From Octopus sinensis (taxonomy: Eukaryota), in contig NC_042999.1 of NCBI RefSeq assembly GCF_006345805.1, positions 169,818,001-169,882,000 on the forward strand: DNA of 64,000 nt, written 5' to 3'. Positions 50,620-62,070 of the stretch are shown piece after piece. Below the pieces are notes generated by a model. It was not told the origin of the DNA. It did not search any database and saw only the letters and a program-made list of their open reading frames with translations. How positions within the stretch are numbered: the first letter of the stretch is position 1; every line of letters begins with the position of its first letter. The position numbers and the translations under genes were made by a program.

Positions 50620-51462
50620 CCTGGGAGCTCCTCTATGCTGATGACCTTGCTCTAATTGCTGAGTCACTATGAGAACTGGAGGAGAAGTTTCAGGTGTGGA
50701 AGCAAGGATTAGAATCGAAGGGCCTTAGAATCAACCTAGCCAAAACCAAAGTCCTAATAAGTAGGAAGGTAGACAAATCACAAACGCCTTCATGTGGCAA
50801 GAATGGATGAAGATAGTTGTGTGAAAAAGTGCCACACACTAGCGGTTGAGGGAACCTGTGGAAGAGGTAGACCCAGGAAAACCTGGGACGAGGTGGTGAA
50901 GCACGACCTTCGAACTTTAGGTCTCACCAAGGAAATGACTAGAGACCGAGACCTATGGAAGTATGCTGTGCTTGAGAAGACCCGGCAGGACAAATGAGAC
51001 CATAACCCATGGCCTCTACCTGGGATGTAGCCAGTCGACTTATGCATACCTTTCCTTCTTGGGACACAAAACTCCACTTGTGAAGACCTGTTGAGGCAAG
51101 TGGAAATCAGAACCAAAATCGAAGTCGATCAACATCAATGGAAATTGCATCTGTGATACCAGTGCCGGTGGCACGTAAGCGAACAATCCGATCGTGACCG
51201 TTGCCAGCCTCGCCTGGCCCCCGTGCCGGTGGCACGTAAAAAGCACCATCCGACAGTGGCCGTTTGCCAGCCCCGTCTGGCACATAAAAAGCACCCACTA
51301 CACTCACGGAGTGGTTGGCGTTAGGAAGGGCATCCAGCCGTAGAAACATCACCTGATCAGACTGGGCCTGATGCAGCCTTCTGGCTTCCCAGACCCCAGT
51401 TGAACCGTCAAACCCATGCTAGCATGGAAGGCGGACGCTCAATGATGATGATGATGATGATA
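50620..51462 (+). mobile_element. 5'-truncated RTE copy with an internal ~600 bp deletion
   Basis: Starts at WELLYADDLALIAES. Jumps at TCA microhomology (50790-50792) to VARMDED...GRGRPRKTWDE. Has a 3' UTR and (TGA)n tail. Confidence 0.9.
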
Positions 51463-51505
51463 GATGTTATCAAACAACTCACTCTTACAAATATATACAT
51501 AACTA

Positions 51506-54500
51506 CTCGATCTCCATCTTGCTGACAAAACACGGATTTCAGAAAAATGAACAGCTAAACAATTCTAACGTTTCAACCTGTTCATTCATATTTTTAAGCG
51601 TTGATTCGTAACCCTAACCCCTTCCCTCTCGTTTCTCTATTATCTATTTCTCTATCTTGTAAACATGGCACTGATAGCTTCCTGTCTGTCCTAAGATCAT
51701 GCATTTTTCAATTCCTCCTTTATTTTCAGGGTTATCCCGTTGTTATTCCATTCCCCCGAATTCCTTACAAAATATTCTTTCTCCCTCGTGTCATATTTAT
51801 TACTTACTTCTAAGGCTCTGACCCCCCCCTCCTCTGACTCGCTGTCTCTCTCTTTCGACTTAGCACTGCGGTTTTCATTTATTTAAATTATGTTTTCCTC
51901 AAATCCCAGTTTTTAGCTGTTTCAGTAATTTTTGTTGCAGAGAAGTCCCTACGAATTATCTTCAACCTCGTTGCTCCTTCGTGGTGTGCCCGCCCTCTTA
52001 TCCCCTCCACCAATACCGGAAGTTTCTACCTGTCTTACTTCACTATCCCCCACCCGTACCCCTATGTAGGGTTTATTTGATCATATAGCACAAAAACTGT
52101 GAAATGTATGCAGGTTGTAGTCTAGTGTTTCCGTATGAAATCTGCCAAATGCAAGCTTTCTTTTCAGGTACATGACACGGCTGTCCCTCATCCCAGGGTC
52201 TCAGAGGCCCACACCTCCCACACCCTCAGAGTTGGCACATTGAAAGGTAGGTCTGGAGAGATTGTTGAGCTGCTTGAACGAAGACGTGTGGATTTATGCT
52301 AAATCCAGGAAGTAAGGTGGAGAAGAGGTTCCGCTAGGCTCCTCACAGGCAAGGAACACAGGTACAAGATTTTCTGGGCAGAGAACACTGACGGGGTTGG
52401 GGGCGTGGGTATACTTCTTGCGGAGAAATGGGTAGATAAGGTAATCGAGGTAGTCAGAGTAAGTGACAGAGTACTTAAAATTAGATTAGTGCTTCACCAT
52501 AGGTCAGCTACCATCATCTCGGCACATGCCCCTCAACCAGGGTTACCGGAAGGACAGAAAGACCAATTCTATTGCGGACTACCTCGTTGACAAATGACAT
52601 TGACCTTCTCTTTGTGGCAGGTGATTTCAATGGACATGTTGGACGGCATGTCGGGGGCTTCCATGGCATTCATGGAGGCTACGGTTTTGGCTCTCGAAAT
52701 GAGGAGGGAACCAGGCTGCTGGAGTTCTGCGATGCAAATGACCTTATGGTTTGCAATACCAACTTCAGGAAACCCACCTCTCACCTAGTCACCTACCATT
52801 CTGGCAGACACACTAGCCAGATTGACTACATCCTCGCCAGAAAGAGGAAAAAAGGGCTGCTTATAAATGCCAAAACCTTTCCAGGCGAAGAATGTACTCC
52901 TCAACATAGATTAGTAGTTAGCGACTTCAGGATCAGAGCTAAATGGTTGCCCGGAAGAAGACCAGCTTGGAGGAGAAGGGTCTGGAAGCTTAAAGACTCT
53001 GCAAATGGACAGAGATTTAGAGACATACTACTCAAAGCCTTTGACGAAATAGAAGGGGATATAGCTTCACTAAATGTGGAAGACAACTGGAGATTTCTAC
53101 GGGACAATCTGCTGACAGCCACTAACCAGATCTGTGGATGGTGCAAAGTCCCATCTCGACCCAGAGTAACGTGGTGGTGGAACAATGTGGTTGACAGGGC
53201 TATTAGACAAAAGAAACAGGCTTGGAGGGACTGGAAGAACAGTGGTAGCAGGGAATTGCATCAGACAGCCAGAAGGGAAGCTAGGAGACAGGTTTATTTA
53301 GCCAGAGGGGAAGCAGATAAGAAAAAATTTGCCAATGTTCTGCGCCATGAGGATGAAAGACTTGAGGTATTTCGTGTTGCGAGACAGTGTGTGAGAGAGA
53401 ATCGTGATGTGGGAGGAGAGAAATGTGTCCGCATGGATGATGGTTCACTTGCACTAAATGAGGATGCAAAGAGAGAGGTTTGGAGATGCCATTATGAAAG
53501 GTTGCTGAATAAAGAAAATGAATGGGATAAAGAGAGTCTGCTGAATGTCAACCCAACAGAGGGACCAGCCATCCGAGTTGACAATTCTTTGGTAGTTAAG
53601 GCAATTAGAAGCATGAAGACAGGGAAAGCCCATCAGGAATTACTGCAGAGATGCTCAAAATATCTGGCAGTGTCGGCTATAACCTAGTCACTCGTATAGC
53701 TCACCAGGTGATACACGAAGGAGTCATACCCAATGACTGGCGTAGCAGCATACTAGTCAACTGCTACAAAGGTAAAGGAGACACCCTAGATACAAATAAT
53801 TAGAGGTATCAAGCTGTTGAATCAGGTAATGAAGGTTACAGAGAGGGTCATAGCCCAACTGATTAGGGAAAGAGTCAACCTGGACGAGATGCAGTTTGGT
53901 TTCATGCCAGGGAAAAGCACCACTGATGCCATATTTCTGGTGAGACAGCTGCAGGAGAAATACCTAGCCAAAGATAAGCCCTGTACCTGGCTTTCGTTGA
54001 CAAGGAAAAAGCCTTTGACAGGGTCCCCCGATCCCTTATCTGGTGGTCAATGAGGAAACTAGGGATAGATGAATGGCTGGTGAGGGCTGTGCAAGCCATG
54101 TACAGGGATGCCGTAAGTAAGGTTAGGGTTGGCAACATGTACACAGAAGAATTCAAAGTAGAGGTTGGGGTCCACCAGGGGTCAGTACTCAGCCCCCTCC
54201 TATTTATCATAGTCCTCCAGGCAATTACGGAGGAATTCATGACAGGTTGCTCCTGGGAGCTCCTCTATGCTGACGACCTTGCTCTAATTGCTGAGTCACT
54301 ATCAGAACTGGAGGAGAAGTTCCAGGTGTGGAAGGAGGGTTTAGAATGAAGCCAGTATGCTCCGGTGGATGTGTAATGTCAGTGTGCTAAAGCCAAAGTA
54401 CTAATAAGTAGGAAGGTAGACAATCCACAAATGTCTTCAGGAAGATGGCCATGCTCGATCTGTAGAAAAGGTGTAGGTAGAAACTCTATAAGATGTACCC

Positions 54501-55740
54501 AGTGTAAGCTATGGACACATAAGAGGTGCAGCAATGTCAAAGGAAGGCTAACTGGGAAGATAGTTTTTGTATGTGACAGATGCTCGGGAGCAATAAACTC
54601 TGAAAATCTGCAGAAAACAACTTCCGTCACTTTCCAGGGGAAAAAACTAGAAGTAGTTGATAGCTTCCGTTATCTAGGTGACCAAGTCAGTAGTGGGGGT
54701 GGGTGCGTTGAAAGTGTAACTGCTAGAGTAAGAATAGCCAGGGCAAAGTTCAGGGAGCTCTTACCTCTGCTGGTGACTAAAGGCCTCTCGCTCAGAGTAA
54801 AAGGCAGACTGTATGATGCATGTGTACGAACAGCCATGCTACATGGCAGTGAAACATGGGCCGTGACTGCTGAGGACATGCGTAAGCTCGCGAGGAATGA
54901 AGCCAGTATGCTCCGATGGATGTGTAATGTCAGTGTGTATACTCAACAGAGCGTTAGTACCCTGAGAGAAATGTTGGACCTAAGAAGCATCAGTTGTGGT
55001 GTGCAAGAGAGACGATTGCGCTGGTATGGTCATGTGGCGAGAATGGATGAAGATAGGTGTGTGAAAAAGTGCCAATCCCTAGCAGTTGAGGGAACCCGTG
55101 GAAGAGGTAGACCCAGGAAAACCTGGGACGAGGTGATGAAGCACGACCTTCGAACTTTAGGCCTCACTGAGGAAATGACCAGCAACCGAGACCTTTGGAA
55201 ATATGCTGTGCGTGAGAAGACCAGGCAGGACAAGTGAGTCCAGCCCACTTATGCATGCTTTTCCTCCCTGTTGAGGCAAGCGAAGTCGATATCGAACCTC
55301 ATCCGACGACAGGCACCCATGCCAACCTTTGCTTGCGAAGACCTGTTGGGGCAAGTGAAATGGAAATCGAAATTGAACCAATCCTATGACTGGCACCCGG
55401 CAGATGCCAGGACCCCTGGACTGGTGGTACGTAAAAAGCGCTATCCGGATTGTGGCCGATGCCAGTGCCGCCTCGACTGGCTTCCGTGCCGGTGGCATGT
55501 AAAATGCACCAATCCGACCGTGGCCATTGCCAGCCTCGCCTGGCACCTGTGCAGGTGGCACGTAAAAAGCACCCACTACACTCACGGAGTGGTTGGCATT
55601 AGGAAGGGCATCCAGCTGTAGAAACATTGCCAAATCAGACTGGAGCCTGGTGCAGCCTTCTGGCTTCCCAGATCCCCGGTCGAACCGTCCAGCCCATGCT
55701 AGCATGGAGAACGGACGTTAAACGATGATGATGATGATAT
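51506..55740 (+). mobile_element. Apparently full-length, decayed RTE-clade LINE (APE endonuclease + RT + PHD-like finger)
   Basis: APE motifs (IQEVRW, VAGDFNGHVG, SQIDYIL), RT motifs (QFGF, GVHQGSVLSPLLF, YADDL), C-terminal GRGRPRKTW and (TGA)n tail. Flanked by a 42/46 bp direct repeat. Multiple stops and frameshifts (e.g. TAA near 52291, frameshifts near 52570 and 53630). Confidence 0.93.
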
Positions 55741-55924
55741 ATGTTATCAAACAACTCACTCTTATAAATATATACATACATAACTATACCTACCACTAAT
55801 AATGTATAGAATTGTTATTTCTGTAATTTGATTATTTGTTTATCGTTTTAAATAGTGATGGGGTGCTGAAGCAGTTATATGGGATATACCATGGCTGACA
55901 TTTTCTCTTATCAGTACTGCTTAA

Positions 55925-56134
55925 CCCTTTTGTTACTGTATTTATTTTGAGATGCTCTCTGTTTCTTTCTATTACTTTAAATAACGAAGAATTTAGTAAA
56001 ATAACTTAGCATTCAGCTAGCGTTAGGAACATAAACTGTGACTAAGGTTTGGTGGAAGATTTTAATTCCAAACTTATGAAAACAAGACATTTGTACTCAG
56101 AGCCGGGGTTTCAGTCGGGTTGGTAACAAAAGGG
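55925..56134. mobile_element. piggyBac-type MITE, same family
   Basis: TTAA|CCCTTTTGTTAC ... GTAACAAAAGGG|TTAA. Confidence 0.88.
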
Positions 56135-56833
56135 TTAAGTAACATTCATTATTTCTCTTTTTTTGCTCCATAATAAAGAACATCAACTGAATGGCTCTAT
56201 ATCTTCTAAATCCTGTATTGTTTCATCTATGATGATGCCCAGGCTGTCCTTCGATGCAATCAGTAGCCCGTCTCTAGAGATATGATAGTCTGCTAAAAAT
56301 AGCAGCCAAATCTTCCTCAAATAATGCTTTGTCATCTTAGAATAACATGGCATTGAGTTTATTTCTACCCAGGAAAAAGCTGGAATGGTCACAGATGAAA
56401 TAAATAGAATGTTAGCATTTTTAGTTGCATGGCACCTTGGACAAATGTTTTTACTTTAGCCTCAGGCCAACCAAATCCTTGCCTTTCGTGTGTGTGTCTT
56501 TGTATGTGTGTTTGTCCCCTCCACCAGTGTTGGTTTGTTTACATCTTCACAACTTAGTGGTTCACCAAAAGAAACCAATAGAATAAGTACCAGGATTAAA
56601 AAAATAAGTACTGGGGTCGATTCATTCGACTAAAAATTCTTCAAGGTAGTGCCCCAGCGTGGCCACACTCTAATGAATGGTAACAACTAAAAAGATAAAA
56701 GATACAAGAAAATATCTATGTGTACAAAACATTAAAAAGATGAGCAGTAAGAGGGAATCACATAACATCTTTCTAATTCAGCTTACCATATAAGCCAGTG
56801 GTTCTCAACTAGGGTCTATATGGCCCCTGAGGG

Positions 56834-57067
56834 TAGGGCTGTGGAGTCGAAGCAAAAAACTTTGACTCCGACTCCTCTACTATTGGCACCTCCGACCCCG
56901 ACTCCTCTTTATATAATCAAGTGATTGTGGTCTACATATCTCATAAAGCATATGCATACGCTTGTACTTTGAGCAGGCCTCTATGTTATAACTGGTTTAG
57001 ATTAAAGAATAAAGATATTGTGAGTCAGAGTCAGTAAAACTATACAGACTCCGACTCCAGAGCCCTG
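56834..57067. mobile_element. Nested hAT-type MITE with GACTCC subterminal repeats
   Basis: TIRs AGGGCTGTGGAGTCG / CGACTCCAGAGCCCT; 8-bp TSD CCTGAGGG / CTTGAGGG. Confidence 0.82.
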
Positions 57068-57238
57068 CTTGAGGGTCCATATAAGATTTTAGAGTATCCA
57101 CACAACAAATTAGTAAATTGAAGATCCACAGTAGTATTTTAAGGGCCCCTTTAAAAATTTTGCTTAAGATGTAAGAATTGGTAGTATTACAAGAAACAGC
57201 CAGGTTTCTTAAACATTTTACCTGCACAAGTTAATGTA

Positions 57239-57600
57239 TACTCTTTTACTTGTTTCAATCATTTGACTGCGGCCATGCTGGAGCACTGCCTTTAATCAAG
57301 GAAATCGAGCCCAGGACTTATTTTTTGTAAGCCTAGTACTTATTCTATCATTCACTTTTGCCGAACCACTAAGTTATGGGGACGTAAACACACCAGCATC
57401 GGTTATCAAGCAATGTTGGAGAGGGGGGACAAACACATATATACGACGGGCTTCTTTCAGTTTCCGTCTACCAAATCCACTCACAAGGCTTCGGTCAGCC
57501 CGAGGCTATAGTAGAAGACACTTGCCCAAGGTGCCACGCAGTGGGAGTAAACCCGGAACCATGTGGTTCACAAGCAAGCTACTTAGCACACAGCCACTCC
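57239..57600 (-). mobile_element. SINE family A nested in hAT MITE
   Basis: Homology. Confidence 0.9.
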
Positions 57601-58712
57601 AGGAATTTTGAAAGAAGTTTCTATAAAACTGATTTTTAACAGCGAATGGATATGTAGGGTCCATCAGAATAAAATAGTAATCAAAGGGGTCCATAGAGAA
57701 AAAATAGGTTGAGAACCCCTAATATAAGCCCTTCTTTAGTCATGACTGAGTAAATTTTTAGTCATAAACTTACTCAATCAGACCTAACTGAGGAGGTGGA
57801 GAGGAGTTAAGACAACAATGTTAAACAGCAACAATGGTAACTGTAATACTATAAAAGAAATATTTGGTAGAAATCACATGTTTTCTTGAAAGCCAATATG
57901 CCAGAATGGCATTGTTAAAACAGCTTTACAAAATTAGACAAGGTAACATATATATGATTCTCAAAATTGTTTGTTAGTTACCAACCTGGCTTGTATTCTT
58001 CCTACCCTAGTTGTAGTATCAGCAGTGGCTGCTGTGCCATTCCTAACCTGCTCTGAACAGCCACCCAGCTGTTGGTTCATCACAGGAGAATTGCAATCAT
58101 TTTTACTAGGAGAAACTCAACTTAGCTGGAGGACAACTCTTAAAGTACTTATTTTTTGTTGTTATTTAGCATCCAGGTTAGCCATGATAGAACAGTCCTA
58201 TGATCAAAGGTCTTCCAGATATGACCATCCCCCTTTATACGTAAAGAACCCAGGACCATGTGAATCAATGTGTTCTTTAAGATGGTAGTGATTCAAGAGA
58301 ATCTGACTGCTATTTCTAGCCTGCCAAGCAACCACATAGAGGTTCCTTCTTTGGTTTATAAAACACTACCTTGGTAAGTTAATGAAGTCTATGATGCCTC
58401 ATTGAGGAGGTTCAATAAGACTGAAACATAGACCAATGACTAATATTGTTATTTTTTCTTTACAACATAATTATTTCTAATTAGATTTTTTAAATGCATT
58501 CTACATTAAATATATTCATACAAAGGTTTTATTTTTCATGTATACAGCATCTCAGCTATGTATTTTTTTAAATATGCCAATTTCTCACACTTATTTATAT
58601 GCAATATTGTATGTCTATTTAGTGACTCTCATTACTACTTTGGTTAGTTCAATAAAAAAAAAAGATTTGCTGAGGAGATCTAAATAAAACCGAAATATGT
58701 CTGGAGTTGTCT

Positions 58713-58930
58713 CCTACTTGTTTCAATTGCTGGAATGTGCCATGATGCAGCACCACCTTAGAGGGTTCAGTCAAACAAACCAGCTACAGAATATACCTTT
58801 TTTTAAAGTCTAGTACATATTCTATCAGTCTCTTTTGCCAAACCACTACATTATGGGAATGTTAAAAAAACTACACCGGTTGTCAAGTAGTTGGAGGGAG
58901 GGACAAACACAAAGATACATGTGTGTATCT

Positions 58931-58971
<41 letters not shown>

Positions 58972-59128
58972 ATGACAGGCTTCCACACAGCTTCTCTCTA
59001 CCAAATTCACTCACATTTACCAACCCAGGGATATAGTAGAAGACACTTGCCCAAAGTGCAGTAGAGTGGGACTGAACCCAAGACCACATTGTTGCAGAAC
59101 AAGCTTCTTAACCACACAGCTACGCCTG
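58713..59128 (-). mobile_element. SINE family A (diverged)
   Basis: Homology. Confidence 0.8.
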
Positions 59129-60744
59129 CTCTATGCGTGATGACATCATTAAAACAATAATTGTCATAGAGCTCAAGCAACTATCCCAGTCTTCTTACTT
59201 CAGTTAGTAGCATAAAAAGACTTGCTGAGGAGATCTAAATAAAAGCGAAACATGTCTGATATTGTCTCCTATACATAACGAAATCATTAAATTAATAACA
59301 GTCATTGAGCTTATGTCTTCTCTTCATCATTGCAATAATTATTTCTAATTATATTGTTGATGTTTGTTACACTAAATTAAACAGAAATTTCAAAATGTAA
59401 TGAAAGTATCTCCAACAGAGCTTCCATCAAATACCATGAACAGAGGATCTTTGTGCCCTACATATAGTATCATAGAAATTTTGATCCCTTACTGACTGGG
59501 TCAAAGGATTAACAGAATGTGCATCTGAAAGAAAATGTTGAAGAAGAGAAGGGAAAACAGAGAAAAGAGCTGCATTTTGCTTCATCATTATTTTTTCAGT
59601 GAATTGGCAGAATTGTTAAGGCTTTGGACAAATGTCTTCAGTATTTTGGCGAGTTCTTTACTTTCTCAGTTTAAATTCCACCAAGGTTCAACTTTGCCTT
59701 TCATCCCTCTGCGGGCCAATAAAATAAAGCAGTGAAGTCAATGGCACTGGCAAACAAACCAAAAATACCAACCAAACCATTCTCAAACTATACTTCTACC
59801 ATTTTAAAAAGGAAGACACACTGGATAATGTAATCCAGATTCTGGATTACTTTGGACAAAAAAAAACAAGATTCAATCAGAGTTGATCTGGGATTAAACA
59901 TCAAATAAGAATTACCAGCATATGAATTAATATCTATTTTATCAACTCCCAATGGAACAAAAGCCAAACATTACCTCCTCTGTATCTCAATTACGCACTA
60001 AATCCTAAAGTAATGAACATAAACGTGAAGTTGTGAAGCTTATTCATGTCTTCTCCAAAGAACAATAAAATTAGGGATGAAGCTGCATCAAACTAAAAGA
60101 AGCAAGACTTCCGCCCCCACCGCCTCACTCTTTAATTTTTTTTATTTTTTTTTACGACACAAACCACCCCACTTTTCGGCTACGGGGAATACGAATCTGC
60201 AAAAAAATTGGCAAAAATCGGCATTTTAAAATTACCACTCCACCCCCATTTCCTTCATTTTTATTTTTATTTTTACTTTTTTCAGAAAAATTTTTTTCTT
60301 TTTCAAAATATGCAGAAAAATACGGAGATTATGATTCTGAAAAAAATTTCCAAAAATTTTTGTAAAGTTTTTTTAAGAATTTTTTTTCTTCTAAATATGC
60401 AGAAAAAACGGACATTATGATTCGGACAAAAATTTAAAATAATTTCTATACTTATAGATAGTGTTAGGGTTAGGGTTGGGGAAAAAGTCAAAATTGAAGA
60501 ATGGGGAGGGGATAATTTAACGATATCGATTTTTGGCAATTTTCCGGAACCTCTTTTTTAAATAAACAAATTTGGGAGAAAGTAGGGGGGGGGGTCTTTC
60601 CACAAAAGAAATCAAATTTCTAATTTCAAGATACAAAGATTTCTTAGAAGAAAGGACCTGCATCGTGTCTTTCATAATAGCATTTCCCATAGTCAACCAA
60701 ATGTATAAAACTCGGGACCAAAACTGTATATTGACCATAGAGTT

Positions 60745-61380
60745 CAAGTTGTTGTTTATCACCAGGTCAGCCCTGACTGAGCAGACGTTCCAGCAATGAC
60801 CATCCCGTCTATTCCTTTAATATACCGTATTACAAGACTACGTCATGCATCCTTTTTTAGGATGGTAAGGTGTTATTTTGCCTATTTCTAGTAGACTGAG
60901 AATAATGTGAAATTTAGTTGCTTTTGTTGTTTATCAATTCATGATCAACGACGTTCGAGCCGTGACTATCCCACCTTTTCATACAATGTACCTAGGATAT
61001 TATTCAATGCAATGGTTTAATACGGTATGGTTGGTGTGACTGCTATTTCTAGTAGATCAAGCAACTACTTAAAAGCTCGTTTGGGATCTTTAATTCGTTT
61101 TATTTCCAGATCAATTTTTGATCAAAGGAGTTCCAACCGTGACCATACCATTTTTCATATAACACATCAAAGATTATTTTATCCAACATGTCTTTCTTAC
61201 GACGGTAGTATGTAATTTGAGGGATATAAGTTACTATTTTTAGCAAGTCGATTGACCATGTACATGCTGTCCTGATTGTGGAAACTAATGATCAAGAGAA
61301 TTCTAGCACTGAGATTATAAATGGGCGCTTTGGCAGCTATTTCTAGCAGGTTGAGCATGCCTGTAAGCTGAGGCTCATGT
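60745..61380 (+). repeat. Tandem diverged copies of a further ~170 bp repeat family (also ~2160-2370, 4810-4970, 24520-24720, 48780-49140, 58160-58350)
   Basis: Recurring tgatcaaag...ccatgaccatcc and ctgctatttctag motifs. Confidence 0.6.
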
Positions 61381-61417
61381 CATTGGTTTTATGGAGATGA
61401 GTTTCATTAACATGACA

Positions 61418-61459
<42 letters not shown>

Positions 61460-61561
61460 TAATAATAATAATCACTTGCCCCTATGTGGTCACTTCCTAT
61501 GCTAGAAATCGCAGTCAGATTCCCCTTCAAATTTCACTCTATCGAAGAAAAAAATTCCAGG

Positions 61562-62070
61562 CTTATGCTGTGTGGTAAGAAGCTTGCTTCCCAATCACAT
61601 GGAACTGGGTTCATTCCCACAGCACGGCACCCTGTGCAAATGTCTTCTACTATAGCCTCGAGCCGGCCAAAGCCTTGTGAGTGCATTTGGTAGACGGAAA
61701 CTGAAAGAAGCCCGCTTTATATGTAGTCTACACATACACATATCCACCGCTTGACAAGTGTTACACGTCAAGTTCACCGTGAGGAGAGTTTACCGAGAAA
61801 ATATATCCATAGTTATTTCACCATTAAAATAGTTAAAAACTATTTTATTGAAAAAAACAACAAAAAAAAACAGTGAATTGATGACGATGAACTTACCGGA
61901 CACGCTTGACAGGTGGTGTTGGTTTGTTAGCGTCCCCGTAACTTAGTGGTTCGACAAAAAAAGACTGATAGAATAAGTATAAAAAGAATTAGTTCTGGGG
62001 TCGATTCGTTCGACTAAAACCCTTCAAAGTGATGCCCCAGCATGGCCGCAGTTCAATGACTGAAACAAGT
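61562..62070 (+). mobile_element. SINE family A with ~150 bp internal insertion
   Basis: Homology; cgcttgaca is duplicated around the 61757-61900 insert. Confidence 0.8.

Larger units (their letters stand above)
56796..57721. mobile_element. hAT-type MITE with nested insertions
   Basis: TIRs CAGTGGTTCTCAAC / GTTGAGAACCCCTA; perfect 8-bp TSD ATATAAGC (56788-56795, 57722-57729). Confidence 0.88.

Noticed and set aside
51950-52060. HDV-like ribozyme in the RTE 5' UTR (ctccttcgtgg)
   Set aside because: No matching P1 5' strand or P2/P4 arrangement could be built.
52150-52175. Splice acceptor (ctttcttttcAG) immediately before the RTE ORF, suggesting a spliced LINE
   Set aside because: An ATG at 52172 becomes in-frame with a single-base restoration near 52200, which is a simpler explanation; no clear donor.
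57985-58120. Open minus-strand segment (KNDCNSPVMNQQLGGCSEQ) with possible splice sites
   Set aside because: No recognisable domain and no compatible partner exon.
60462-60480. TTAGGG repeats
   Set aside because: Only ~2.5 units inside a MITE-like AT-rich element; not telomeric.
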